A stretch of DNA of 63,666 nucleotides, filler included, from Rhabdomonas costata (GCA_019059605.1; 52 parts of 52 records of this genome joined end to end with filler, not necessarily neighbours in it), one strand, 5' to 3'. Counted from the whole stretch's first letter, positions 26,221 to 39,402 are shown. Program-made: numbers and translations. The notes: generated by a model from the letters alone, not told the origin.

Positions 26221-27201
26221 GTTCCCCTACCAGAAGACCAAGCCAAGGAAACGAAAGCAGTAACACAGTGATAAAGGAGAAGTTCATGAAGAAAATCAAA
26301 AAGAAAGATGAATAAGGAAACTGCGTTCTGGCGTGGGTGGGGCTACCCCTTGTATCGGGCTAAATTCCGGCACCCACCATCCCTACCAGCGTTTTTGAAC
26401 GGATATGCCAAAGACTTTCATGATCAATAAAATTCCATTATTGGTAACCTTGCCCGCCGAAAAGCAAGCCTTGCTGTTATGGCCCCCGTCCCGCGCAAAA
26501 CCAGCCAAATTATACTTTACTGGAAACGCAGCCGGCAAACATGTCCAGAGCGGTTTCCTTTACCTCATCAGTAGTGTTGCCAATTTTCGATTTTCGATTT
26601 TCAATTTGCGTTTCACCAGAACCAAAACTTACGAGGGAAACCCGTCTGACGAAATTCAATGTAAGTTGAAAAAATTCAAAAGTGGCAGAGCGAATTTATA
26701 TTCAAAATTGACGACGATGCCTTGCCGGTGTATTCCTTGCCGGAATATGCGGCGCAAATCTGCAAAGGAATACGCCGGATTGAAGCTTTTGCGCCCGTGA
26801 TTTTGAACACTAATCGGCGGCGTAAGTCCCCGCAAGTTCCCCGCTTGAAAGGATGATCGCGGCACAAGGTGTCACCCAAAAACNNNNNNNNNNNNNNNNN
26901 NNNNNNNNNNNNNNNNNNNNNNNNNNNTTAATTAATTAANNNNNNNNNNNNNNNNNNNNNNNNNNNNNNNNNNNNNNNNNNNNTGTTGGTTGGGGTGACG
27001 ATGTGAACATAACCATATCAATATCCCGAAGAACGTAGATTGTGATTCTTGCATACGGACACCTGCATTCTTCCATACGGCCACCGATACCAGAAATACT
27101 TTTCTCAAGAAAGAGTAAACACGGAACTAAAGAAAAAAACAATGAAGCCATTACGAAGAACTTGAAAATACAAGGAAGCAAACACAACACAAGCCAAAGA
27201 C

Positions 27202-28091
27202 CTCTTTGACAATGTTGAACAGGGCGTTGGGCCACTCGCGGCCCAGATGGATCGTGATTCGGGGGTCGTCAAAGGACCCGCAGGGCCCGACCTGCCCATA
27301 CTGCTCGTTGGCGCAGTTCACGATCCCCATCCGGTTGCACACAAAGTCCGGGACATACATGATGCCCTACGTGCGGGAAGGGCGGAGTGGTGGAGCGGAG
27401 GGCCGATACATAAAGTATTTCAATACCGGCCACGCAGCGTCTTGGGAGACTTGCTGTATGCACAAAAGACCCCCAGGCTTGCCTCGGCTTAGCCCTGTCT
27501 CCCCATTGAGAGATCCGATTTCAATAATATTCACACAAGCGGCCTCTGGTGCTGAGGATTGTGTGAGATTGGGGTTTCAGGCGGCTTTGAGCCATTTGGG
27601 TGAGGGGTGAGTGGTTTTTGTAAATACATTGTAAGTGGAGTCGTTAACCCTGCGCTGCGTGGGGCCAGAAGAGCGCGCAAAAGGGGACTCGGAAGGGCCA
27701 CCAAGGGGACTCCACTACAACCGGCCGAGGGTGGAAGGTCAGAAATTCTGACCCCCAAGCCACGCAGTGTATCATCAACGGTTCTGGGAACACGCTGCCG
27801 ATGAAATTAGTAGACATTCCCCTGGCTCTGGGTGGTTCATTTAGGTGAGGGAAGCGGTGAACCTCGGCCACAAAATGCACAACCAAAACCCAAAACCCCA
27901 AGACGGGTGGCATCTTAAACCACCGGGGTGAGGAAGAAGAAGACTGGTGTGATGATGAGCGACGGGGCATGCTGGTTGGACCTTGGCGTGCATCCCGTAA
28001 TCTGTGTGAGGGTCCAGCAGCTGGTTGTTCGCTGCACCGCAGATAATCTTCGCCTTGATCAGCGGGATGGTGGTGTCGTTCAAGCAGCCTC
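27202..28091 (-). CDS. Glu/Leu/Phe/Val (leucine-dehydrogenase-like) dehydrogenase, NAD-binding domain; exons 27982-28091 and 27202-27366
   Basis: GCLNDTTIPLIKAKIICGAANNQL...HAK | GIMYVPDFVCNRMGIVNCANEQYG. GAANNQL and Y.PDF..N.G are family motifs. The 615-nt phase-0 GT-AG intron joins in frame. Confidence 0.9.
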
Positions 28092-30802
28092 CTACAAGAG
28101 GAAACCCCANNNNNNNNNNNNNNNNNNNNNNNNNNNNNNNNNNNNNNNNNNNNTTAATTAATTAANNNNNNNNNNNNNNNNNNNNNNNNNNNNNNNNNNN
28201 NNNNNNNNNGGGGTTGTGTACCGGACACTAGTGGCACGAATAATACAGGTGCGGGGGGCTTCGCCGCAGAGGGACCGGGGCGCTGCATTCCCTCCGGAGT
28301 CACGACCAAGAGAAGAAGAGGAGGGAGGTGGGTAGGAGAGGGAGAAGAGAGCCGGAAGGACAGGCGTGCAGAAAGTACGACACGGTCGATAACAAAGGCT
28401 GTTGAGCGCGGAAAGGAAAGGCCAAGTATCTCAGAACACATAAAGATGGAAGAGGGAGACATTCATTTCGGTTGTCACGACCTTTTGAAGCTGTGCTTTA
28501 TGCGTTCTTCTCCGTAACAATAATCTCAACTACCCTAATCTTAGCCCCCATTCAACCCTGACTTCCGCATTTGGGCGTGAGAGTTACAGATCCCAACAAT
28601 GGTTCTGCAGGCAGGCGCAAGGGATGCAGGAAAGTCGCAACAGTACACACCTGCCATAGTGGCAACAGCTCGGCGGCGAGCCAACATAACGACAACCACA
28701 CAAGTACCCATCGAGATCATGACACGACGCGTTCAACTGGCTCTATTGCAGATACCCAGGTCAGATCAAAAGTAAGAACTTGCGAAGGGACGGCACCGAC
28801 TCCATCTGGCTTGCCTACAATTTTGAACCAACAATATTCTCCCACCCCATTATTGCCCCCAAATGAACAGCTTTTCCCTCAAAGACTAGAGGAAGAATAA
28901 AAAAACAAAGGTTTATACTTTTCTGAGATCGTAGAAACCGTCCCCGTCAAAAGCCATGGCTTTTCATAGGATCCTGAATCAAGCACGCCCGGAACCCACG
29001 GGAACACAAGAATTGAGGCCGATTCCAAAACTTAGAAGAACCTGAACCTCAGTTCGCCACACACCTCACGCAAAGGGACATAACGGGTGGAGGTTGCCTT
29101 TTCGCTGCGTCGAAGTGAACAAGGGAAGACACTTTCACCACAGGAGCCTCCGGTGCAGGCGTCACGTACAAATGCAGGGAAGAGCGCGCTCCCAGCGGGA
29201 AAGGGGGCAGACTCTCCCCACACCCGCAAAAATGAAAACCCTCTTTCCTGGCACAGCAAAAAAAGAATACAAAGCAAAGGAAACGCATTTAAGATGAACG
29301 ACGGACAAACTGAAGCAGCGATGCAGCAGAAGGCTNNNNNNNNNNNNNNNNNNNNNNNNNNNNNNNNNNNNNNNNNNNNTTAATTAATTAANNNNNNNNN
29401 NNNNNNNNNNNNNNNNNNNNNNNNNNNNNNNNNNNGGACTGCCATTGGACTGAACTTCGACGGAGCTATTCGCCGCCAAAAGGACACTCTGCAGAAGGAG
29501 CTGAGCCTGGTGCTGAACGCCGTGGAGAGCTTTACTGTGGGGCAATCTCGGCAGCGAGTGGTGTGCCTGCGAGATTATTTCATTAGTTGGGGTCCCGAGT
29601 GCTGCCTCTGTCTTTTGGGGCTCACAGGGAAAACTTGGTGGCAATTAATTCGACACGGCAGTTAAGTATGTTTCACATCATTTTCAGTCTGCAGTACGGT
29701 CGTGCGCGAAAAAGAAAAAGCTTGGGAACTCAGAGCTGCTGGTGCAATTCAGGAACGGCCACCACAATCACCATATTTTTCATACGTCTACAAGTCGCGT
29801 GACATCATCTCCCGCCATCGTTAATGCTGGTCCAGCCTGTTGCAACCATATGACGGACCGGTGCGGGCGCGCCTCACCGCGGGGTTCGATACCCTCGCTC
29901 TGCTATATGGCGCGTGTCATTGACAGTGAGAGTTACAGCTGAAACGATAATTATGCAAAGCTGACCAGGGAACCTCAAATGCGAGATTTGATTACACTCA
30001 TACGGTCGTTTTAACTTAACGAGATTCCTGACGGTTGCCCAAGACCGTAGTCCGCGAAACCAGACTAGCAATAAGCAGCGGTGTTGACTGACAAGAACCG
30101 TGCGGGGACGACGTAAAACGGACGAAACTTACGTGCTTATATACTTCAAATCCTGAGCAAAAAACGGTGATGCACAGCAAAGAGGTAGAATGAGAGGAAA
30201 GTCAGGAGAATGGCCAACCAAAGGTGGGGTTTCTCCAGATGCCAGCCCCTCGAGCCTGATACCGGACAGCACCCGGGCAACCTCCATGAATTCCTCGAGG
30301 CAAAGTGTCGAGCCCTCGGGGACAGAAAATCTCTGTCGAATGGCCCGCAGCGCCTCTATGGCCGTGTTTTCGTCGGAAAAGCTCACGGCTCCGGCACTGA
30401 CGGAAGCACGAAGCCAAAATACTCCGAGTGCACACGTTAACATTCAGGGAGCTCCCCGGGGGCCCCCAAGTCCCCAGTGAGCCCCCAAGCCCGGCATACT
30501 CCAACAGGAACAATCAAATGAGGAGATAAGAACAGTACATACGAACAATGCGATCAGCCACNNNNNNNNNNNNNNNNNNNNNNNNNNNNNNNNNNNNNNN
30601 NNNNNTTAATTAATTAANNNNNNNNNNNNNNNNNNNNNNNNNNNNNNNNNNNNNNNNNNNNGGTTTTTGGTGTATTCTTGTTCGTCTTATCTGATCTCTT
30701 TTCCTCTGCTTTGTTTGCGTGGAGTCCCTATAACCCCACCCGGCTCCACCGCTGGTTCCACCCCGATTTTTTTTCATGTCCGAACGTCCTGACATCCGGG
30801 AG

Positions 30803-31545
30803 CTGGTGTCCCCGCGTAGCGCGGCGAACCTTCCCAGCCCGTTCACGCCTCTTCCGGAGCCCCCCGGGCCCGGAGCGTACTCCCCCGAGGAGCGGGCCAG
30901 CTCCACCCACGCCTGCCCCCCTTGCTTTGGGTTTCGCCGGCGCACGCCCTGCAAGTGCGTCCTTCACTCGCTCCCAGAACCAGGGGCGGAGTGCGGCACG
31001 TACAACCCAAGCTACAAGGCGGTCGTTCCCGAGGTAGTTTTTGGTGGCCCTTGAGCGCTATCTGTGTTCGCAAGATTAGCCTGTGGATGTGTGAACCCCC
31101 AGGAGACGATGCGCCGTTGATCACCTGTGGTTCTTCCAAGTTCTGTGAGTAGATTTTTGCGGATCACTGATCACTCTTTTGGCTGGTTTTCCTGGTAGTG
31201 TATATCCTGGGTCCAAATGATTTTTTTGAGACGTTTTCATTGTGAAATTAGCATAGGCAGCGTCCAGGACCCCTGGGGATACTTTTTTTTGCCTGCCGGC
31301 CTTTACCTGCTCTTCTGCTGCGCTTGGACGCTGCAGCGGATGTGTTCCCAAACTCGAAGTCAGGAGTGGGGTTACCCATCCTTCTCTTTCCTCTTAGGGC
31401 CGGCCCATTCAAAGCGCCTTCCGGCCTCTGTACAGCGAGGGCCCGCCCAAGAACAAGACGTCGTGGATTGAGGACCCGGGCCCAACTTCGTACACACTGC
31501 CCGCGGCCATCAAGCAAAGGAAGAAGGAAAAAACCACCAGGCAAG
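30803..31545 (+). CDS. ODF3/SHIPPO-like PGP-repeat (axonemal) protein; exons to 31033 and 31398-31545
   Basis: PGPGAYSP, PG...GTYNP and PGPTSY repeats; donors GAG|gtagtt and AAG|gtgagc, acceptor ctcttag. Start is approximate. Confidence 0.55.
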
Positions 31546-33541
31546 GTGAGCTGGAATGTATTCACCCCAGTTTTGGCTTTGTTGTGATTTTGGAGGTGAC
31601 TGATTGCAATTGCTGGTTTCCTTTCAGTGTTTTTGACCTTGTTTCAGAATCAGAAACGAGTGAGGTACGACCGTGTGGGTTTTTGTAGTAATTTGAGTGT
31701 CCGGGTTTTGACCCACCCCAGATTAAGGGGCAGGTCCCGATGTGCTACTCGGTCAGGTCCCTTTCGTCGACTTTTTCCCAAAAAACANNNNNNNNNNNNN
31801 NNNNNNNNNNNNNNNNNNNNNNNNNNNNNNNTTAATTAATTAANNNNNNNNNNNNNNNNNNNNNNNNNNNNNNNNNNNNNNNNNNNNGGGTCCGTCTTGG
31901 CTCCTGGTTCCCGTCCGCCGCCGGTGTGAAGCCCATGCGGAGTGGGCAGGGGGGCCGTGCGGAGCAGCCCCCGCGGATTCCCGTGCGGAGCGGGGTCCGT
32001 AACACACGCCAAGGCGGACGCAACTTAAACACGCACCGCACGACGTCCGCGGGACTATGGCGCTCTCTCCTGGCATAGCCCTCAACTGGGATTTTGGCCG
32101 CAAAAAAAATTACGTGGGGTGACTCTAAAAATACGCCGGGGCTGAGAAAAAGCTCATGGGCATACCGGCCTTTTTCGGGGAAAGCCGAACGTCGAATTAT
32201 TATTTCAAAGGCCACGTCCATCGCCCTTTTTTCCGGGTAGGTGGATTACAACAAAAGCCCTTCAGCCACATTGGCCTTTACAAATCGTTACTAGAACGTC
32301 CAAATACACATATGCACAAATGGAAAAATTTAAAGGGCGCCGTCAAGGGAAAAACTGGTCAATCGCGGTTCTGGCCCCAAAATTAGTTTCAAGAGGCCGT
32401 CCGAGAACTGCTGTTTTATTTCATGTAGTCCGCGCCTCCGCCGCAGAAAGGTTTGGATTGGAACAGTTTCTGGCGGCTTCCTTTTATGCCCGCTTTTGTT
32501 CGGCGAACCTTTCAGCATAATTTGGACAAGGCGGAAATCTGTTCTTTTGATATAATTACTTTTTTTTTGCGGGCGCAAAAGCTGACCCTTTTAGCACTTT
32601 CGCGCGGTATTGCTCCCTCGTTTCTTTTTGGCTTTTGTCCTTTGTCCTTTGTGTTGGGCTTTTCCCCGCTCGTAGGGGCAAAGCGCGCCAGCCGGTCAGG
32701 GAGAATTGAAAGGACCCCGCGGAAAGGGAGCGAATTCTTAGCCTCGAAAGCAAAAATGAACAGCGAGGCGGTCCACACGACCTCTGGCTATAAAACCGCA
32801 ACGCGTATCGGGCCCGGGGCCCGCGGCCAATAGTTGAAAGCTGAAATGCGAAAAACAGAGAAAGGGGACAAGGAACAGTCGCAAGGGGAGGGTGTGGTGC
32901 ACTAGAAAAGGGGGGCAAAATCGGACGAGAAACGTTGGGACGCACAGCAAATCAAAGGAGACACCGGACATAAGAATGTTACAAAATACGAAAGGAACAT
33001 CAGCACACAACACNNNNNNNNNNNNNNNNNNNNNNNNNNNNNNNNNNNNNNNNNNNNTTAATTAATTAANNNNNNNNNNNNNNNNNNNNNNNNNNNNNNN
33101 NNNNNNNNNNNNNGGGGGTGGTTGCGTTCGTTGTCTCCACAGAAACGCAGTCGTGCTCAAGTGTGTTTGATGTGTGGGCGCACTCCCTCTTTACTGCGCG
33201 AGTCCCGGGGGTAGTGGTGTACCAGTACAGCAACAGATATCTGCAACAGCACCGCCGGCGAAATCCCGGCGGAGCCGAACGCACGCCGCGCCTTTCTCCT
33301 GTCTTTGCGTGCCTTGGATATTCCCGACGCGTGCACACACGAACTGTGGTGTGTCACCACAGCGATCGCGCACACGCCACCCTACCCTCAGTTTGCTTTC
33401 TTTGATATCGTTTATGTGTTTTTGATTGCGGGGGTCTGTATCTTCGCCCCCGTACCGCTGCCGCGGTGCGCCGCACGGAAAGTGGGTGGGCCCACGCTAC
33501 TCCCTATGTGCGTTGCAAGGTAGGGTAAAGCCAAGGCAAAC

Positions 33542-33702
33542 CCCGTGAGGAGCTTCAGGGGGGGCCGGGAGGTCAGGATCTTGCGGCCGATGAGGTCCAG
33601 GGCTTGCACCCCGGTAGTGCCCTCGTACTGGGTGGAGATCCTGGCGTCCCTGGCGATCTGCTCCATGCCCCACTCCTTGATGTACCCGTGGCCCCCGTAC
33701 AC
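33542..33702 (-). CDS. Acyl-CoA dehydrogenase C-terminal exon (bacterial-like FadE5/DmdC-type subfamily)
   Basis: gcgcag|[41 protein letters not shown]|gtttgc; GGxGY and YEGT motifs. Confidence 0.93.
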
Positions 33703-36260
33703 CTGCGCACACAAAAGCGGACACCAAAAAGAGTTCAAAGGAAAAGAAAGGGGGGGAGGGGGGAGGTTAGCGCCTCCCACCTTTTTTGAAGCGGACAACC
33801 CCGTAACACCCACATAACTGGGGCAGTATGTGATGAAAGTTCGCTGAATTCATACGAGCGAGTGTATTGAGCGTTGTGCGGGAAAAGGCGTATTCGGAGC
33901 GATGCACTTCTCAGAGGGAGCCACAATCGCCAAACGTTTCCGTGACATTACTTACCCCCCCCCCGAACGAGAATAGAACAAACTAGAATAGCAAAGAAGG
34001 GCAACATAGCAACGAAGGGAAAAACCATAAGAAAGGAAAGGAAGAAAAAGAAAAAGCACAGCACCGATTCACGCCCCGCATTCCCATTGAATCTACATAA
34101 ATCACACACCAAGGCCAATTATGTGAATTTTTTCAAAACAATTTTAGTGCACAGCGTCACCACTGTTCAGTGAAAGACCCACGTGCAAACGGCAAATAGC
34201 TAACAGAAAACAACACAAAAAACCAAACACGCCCAACACNNNNNNNNNNNNNNNNNNNNNNNNNNNNNNNNNNNNNNNNNNNNTTAATTAATTAANNNNN
34301 NNNNNNNNNNNNNNNNNNNNNNNNNNNNNNNNNNNNNNNGGGGTGGGGTGGCTTGTCACTCGTTCTGTGTGAGTATTTGCGCAAGTCGTTCTCAAAGCTG
34401 AACTATGTGAATTGTGGGTAATTAGGGGTGGGAGTCATTCGTTCAATGTGAGTAATTGTGGAAGACGCCTTAGAAGGTGGAGGAAACCCGAACCCGCCAC
34501 CCCCCCCCCCCAAAAAAAAAACCGTACGCTCAGACAGAAACGGACCGGGAAAAAGAAAGATCGAAAATATGCTATGACCCTTTCCTTTGTCATTTTACAC
34601 AGTATGCCGGGGATTTAAAGGGCGAAGACTGTAAGGGGGAAAGGGCGGTGGATGCGATTCCCGCTGAATGATTAAAATGCAGCAGCTACACACAGAAGCC
34701 GCAGAGAAGTTACGCATGCGGCTTGCAGCACTGGATCAGGGGGGGGGAGGGGTGGCGTCGGGCCACTCCAAGCTTGCATCAATCGTTGGGTAGAGTAGCA
34801 GAAAAAAAAAGGAGGGGGCTGAAAGGACCTCGTGCACCCATACAACCGAGATACAGAAAAATGAAAACTGAGGAGGCGGTCTGGGCGAAAGCGCAGGAGT
34901 CGTCTCTTGGACGCGAGGTTGGGGCAGCACTGGGGAAGATGGGAATATACAAATGGAAAGGGGGCTGGGCAGGGAAGTCCCCAACCGGAAGGAGACAGAG
35001 TGTAACAAAGAAAGAAACGGAAGTATCGGAAGGAGTAACAAAACGCTGCTTTCGCTTTCAGTGCTCCCAAACGCACCGGGACCCCGAGCTTTATGCTGAA
35101 GGAATACTCACCAGTAGCTCGGGGAAGGGAAGAAGAATCAAGAAAAAGAGCTCGCCCTCCACTCTGCTTTCCTCCCCGATCTTGGGTCTCTAAGGGTGGC
35201 CACTTCCCATGAACTGCAGGAAGTAGTGCGAACCCTTCCACCTCGCCCCACACTGAGTGCACAGGAAGTGGTTCAGGCCCTGTGAGGGGAAGCGAGGGGA
35301 AGTGAGGGGTGGTGGAGGGCGAACTAGCTCGGTGGTGATTGGGGAAAAAAAAGCGGACTGACGTTTCCCATCTCACTTTGCCCATTTTCACGCACGGCAA
35401 CAGCACTCCGTCACCTCAGGATGAAGGGGTCTGCAAGTAAAGAAGCCTGCAACCATGCAAGTTCTNNNNNNNNNNNNNNNNNNNNNNNNNNNNNNNNNNN
35501 NNNNNNNNNTTAATTAATTAANNNNNNNNNNNNNNNNNNNNNNNNNNNNNNNNNNNNNNNNNNNNTCTTAGCCCTCTAAGGGGGCTTGGTACCTTTGGAA
35601 TGGCAGTGTCTGTGTGTCGGGAGTTGTGCCAAGGTCTTTGAGGCCTGTCCCGGTTGCGTGCACAGATACAGGTTCTGTCTGGCGGGGTTGGATGAGTGAC
35701 AAGAACAATTTTTTCTCCTCCACTTTCAACCTGCCTCGTCTCGACAAGATTCATGGGTATTGGAGGTTTGGGATGTGCATCAGAAAGTGTGTCAGTGCTC
35801 TCTTTTGGCATCAGCCGATCCTCCTTTTAAGGATATGCTGCATTCGGTCACTGTCGACGGAGGATTTGACAAATATGAGCTGCATTGAATTCCTTTGAAT
35901 ATCTGGAGCGGATAACCTGGGATGCCGCGTTTGTCTCCAACAATTAAAGCGGCCATCAGAGGGAATATGGCCTTGCCGGCAGAGGGCTTCTGAGTCCCTC
36001 ACCCGTGCCCCTTGCACCCATGCAGTGAGTGTGCGTTTATGAGTAGTTTCATGATACTTTTACTTTTTTCAGCTGTCTGTGCATCTTCCTGTTTTGTCCA
36101 TTTCTGGCCGGCTTTACTCTGCTTCCGTGATTCATTCTGCGCTTGGACGTTGGACGGCAATGTTGAGCTGCTGGTGCTCTGCTAAACCTTGAGCAGTTTG
36201 GCAGTGTGGTCAGTGGTGAGGGGAACTTTTCTTGGAGCAAAGCCCTTAGAGGCGAAATTA

Positions 36261-36405
36261 ATGAGGCAGAGACGGCCGCTGGTGGCGAGCGAGGCAGAGG
36301 TGCACCCCTTGTTTGACCGCCCTGCTTTCAAGACTTTCTCTCGGCTCGACATCTACCCCAAGGTCTCCAACGATGTGCAGCGCCGCACGACCTGTGGCGG
36401 ACTGG
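36261..36405 (+). CDS. ER-Golgi intermediate compartment protein (ERGIC/Erv41-Erv46 family), first exon
   Basis: ATG 36261; FSRLDIYPKVSNDVQRRTTCGGL matches ERGIC_N (LD.YPK....RT..GG); donor G|gtaggc. Confidence 0.8.
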
Positions 36406-36570
36406 GTAGGCAGCTCTCCCAACCCGTCTTCCTTGGCTCTTTCCTCCTGGCTTCCTGGGCGACCTTATTTTGCTTTGTTGTGGATGAACTGCGTGAGAAA
36501 TTTTACCCGTCCCTTTCAGGAAACGCTTCTCTGTCTTATTGGAAATTATTTTTATTGTGTGCCACGGTAA

Positions 36571-36572
<2 letters not shown>

Positions 36573-36601
<29 letters not shown>
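36573..36601. repeat. (TG)n microsatellite
   Basis: About 14 units. Similar tracts at 5295-5315, 45983-46013, 50076-50094, 55196-55217, 55599-55624. Confidence 0.95.
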
Positions 36602-36602
<1 letters not shown>

Positions 36603-37099
36603 GAATGCATTTAGCATTGATGATTTGAAGCAGAAGTGTGTGCGTGGGTTAACTTGGAAGGGGCTGTTGCAGGGACCTGCTCACTTTTGTGCGNNNNNNN
36701 NNNNNNNNNNNNNNNNNNNNNNNNNNNNNNNNNNNNNTTAATTAATTAANNNNNNNNNNNNNNNNNNNNNNNNNNNNNNNNNNNNNNNNNNNNGGTGTTG
36801 GGTAAGGCCTTCCAAAAATACTGCATGCATAGTATCTGCCACACTGCTCACGCCACCCTACCTGAGCGACCGAACAATTCAAACCGACAAAGTCATTCAA
36901 AAATGCTCCAAAGAGTGATGTAAACACACCGGATTCGCAGCAAGCGGGAAATAGTGTTACCACACCAACAAACACTGCTACAGCGCTTTTCTGGAGGTTT
37001 TTTTGTTCTGGTGATTTGGATTCGCCTCGAGTCTTCGTCCTGACACCACCACCGGTCTCTCTCTCTCTTCGGGTGAACGTGTGCGTGTAGATAACACAC

Positions 37100-37199
37100 G
37101 CTTCGACGTCGAAGCGGTCGACGTCCACCCACCGCAGTGCCCGGGCCTTGTGCACCGCCCGCAGGCAGTCCACCAAGTGCAGGTCCACCGTGGAGGGCC
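37100..37199 (-). CDS. CDC14: CDC14 dual-specificity phosphatase, N-terminal domain exon
   Basis: cgaaag|GPSTVDLHLVDCLRAVHKARALRWVDVDRFDVE|gtgtgt matches the CDC14 pattern G...Y.L..LDCL.G..KA......F..FDV. Confidence 0.8.
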
Positions 37200-37507
37200 C
37201 TTTCGGTTTGTTTTGCGATAGGTGGGGATGAATGCATATGCAGCGTCACTGGTCGTGCTTGATTGAGTTGCCTGCACATAGTGCGCGGTAAAGGCAAAGC
37301 CGCGGCTTGATCCTCTGGTGGCCTTATGTGCCATAAGGCAAGAAACTGATTGCTCGCCCTCCGAGGAGCACTCTGCCGCCAAGGTGCCCATTGATGAAGT
37401 GACTCTATGAATTGGACCCCCTTTACGATAAACAGAGTGGATCTGGGAGGGAAAGCGCACCTGGAGCGGCGTCGCGAAAGGGAAGGAGAGGGGGGTAGGC
37501 CCCAATG

Positions 37508-37908
37508 AAGGGCCGGAAGGCGTCGTCCCCGCTGCACCCCAAAACTAGAACCTGCCAAAAACAAGAAAGGGTCCGATAGAGTTGAAGAGGAAGCGCAAAA
37601 GGTTCTTTCTCCGTCAAAATTGAGACATAGGAACCCCAAATTTCAATCTGTTGCGTGACGCGTTCACGGTCAGCGCGCAGAAGAAAGGGGAGTCCCAATA
37701 CACGCCGAGTTCTTTACAAGCAGAAAACAGCTGAAAATCTTTCCACAATGTCAAAAAAAGGAATCCTCTAACTCCTGTGAAGCCGGCAGCCATTTCTGGA
37801 CAAACAGCAAGTTTGGCACTTAATCACAAACTTCTTTCCTGGAGGAGGTCTTCCCCCTCCCCAGGAGTCAATGTAGTGGTGCAGCGGGGACGACGCCTTC
37901 CGGCCCTT
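37508..37908. repeat. 31-bp perfect inverted repeats (37508-37538 and 37878-37908) enclosing 339 nt
   Basis: aagggccggaaggcgtcgtccccgctgcacc ... ggtgcagcggggacgacgccttccggccctt. Confidence 0.9.
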
Positions 37909-38670
37909 ACAACCACCACNNNNNNNNNNNNNNNNNNNNNNNNNNNNNNNNNNNNNNNNNNNNTTAATTAATTAANNNNNNNNNNNNNNNNNNNNNNNNN
38001 NNNNNNNNNNNNNNNNNNNGGTTGGGTGGTTGGCGCGCGAGCCGTGCTGGGAGTTCCTCAGAACTGTTTGTGGTGTGTATGATAGACGACAAATTGGAAC
38101 CTTACTTGCACTGTATAACACTTTGGTGGGCAAGTTGGTTTCAGGGCTTCCAATGACAGGCGAACGTCCAGCTTTTTGGGGAACCCTAGGTAGGAACTTA
38201 GGTCCATGGGTAGGTTCTGGATAGGTAGTACACAGGTTATTTCGCGTGTGGGGGCAGGCGGAGGGTCCTGGCTTATGGTCTGGTGAGCCGGCACCCCAGT
38301 TTGACAATAGTGCTACAGGGCTCGTCGTGCTGCGCCCAGCTGTGCACGTCTTATTTTAGGGGCAGCTTTTTCGTCATCGCTCTCCTTCACGCGTATTTTC
38401 GTATCCTTCTTTTCATCACACAAACATACCCAACCGCGAACACGCCTGTCCTTAACTCAAACAAGAAAACAGGTAGGTATACAGGCACATATACCGTGTG
38501 ATGCAGGCCAATTCCATATTACACACACGCGGGCATCATTTTTTCCAAACCAACCTTAGTCACCCTTCTCTCTCATCAGAAGGCAAGCAACTTTTAGGGG
38601 CTTGTAGCCCTCACTCATTCACATCCGGCCACTGTTCTTCTCCGGGCTGGAGCGTCCACGAGGGCCCCGG

Positions 38671-38886
38671 GTGTCTCGGTTTGGGTGGCTGGGGTGCATA
38701 CTGGTCGGGTTTGTGGCCCTCAATGCGGTGGGACTGCTGGCGGTGCGCGGAGGAGGGCTCTCCTCTGCATCGGCGGTGTCGGCGGCGGCCGCAGCGGAGG
38801 AGGAGCGGAGGTTTGTGCGGTTCCAGCTGCAGGACTTGCAGAGGCAGCTGGACGAGCTCGTGGAAAAAAACGACGTCCTGCGAGAG
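38671..38886 (+). CDS. Putative exon: membrane anchor plus coiled coil, unknown protein
   Basis: WLGCILVGFVALNAVGLLAV then FQLQDLQRQLDELVEKNDVLRE|gtgtgt; GC3-rich; start approximate. Confidence 0.5.
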
Positions 38887-39402
38887 GTGTGTTGGAGTGT
38901 TTATGTTTAGATACCGAAAAAGTTGTGGGGGCTTGCCACTTTTTGGAGTTGTAATTTCTCTCTCTTTCGAACGATAGCTTATCATGTTGCTATTACTATG
39001 TTGCTTGGATCAATGGAATAACAAGGTCACCCCCCCCCCATAACTGAACCGTGATTCTCCACCCCATTGTGCAACCCTCCTGCTCTGGAGAATGAGGGAA
39101 ATAAGTGGCACAATATTTAAAAAAAAAGGAAGAGCACCACACCACNNNNNNNNNNNNNNNNNNNNNNNNNNNNNNNNNNNNNNNNNNNNTTAATTAATTA
39201 ANNNNNNNNNNNNNNNNNNNNNNNNNNNNNNNNNNNNNNNNNNNNAGATTGGTGAGGGGGGCGGTGACATTGTCCTCATTGTTCAGGTTGGTGTTGGTGG
39301 CTGTTGGTCAGAGCGACGGTGAGCGTGTAGGGGTCACCACCCAAGTAAATGTATATGCAGTAGAGCAGAGTCGGTGTGGGGCGGCTTTGAATTGAGATTG
39401 CC

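Noticed and set aside
29840..29905. tRNA-like T-arm ggggttcgataccc
   Set aside because: No matching acceptor stem, D-arm or anticodon arm upstream; at most a degenerate B-box
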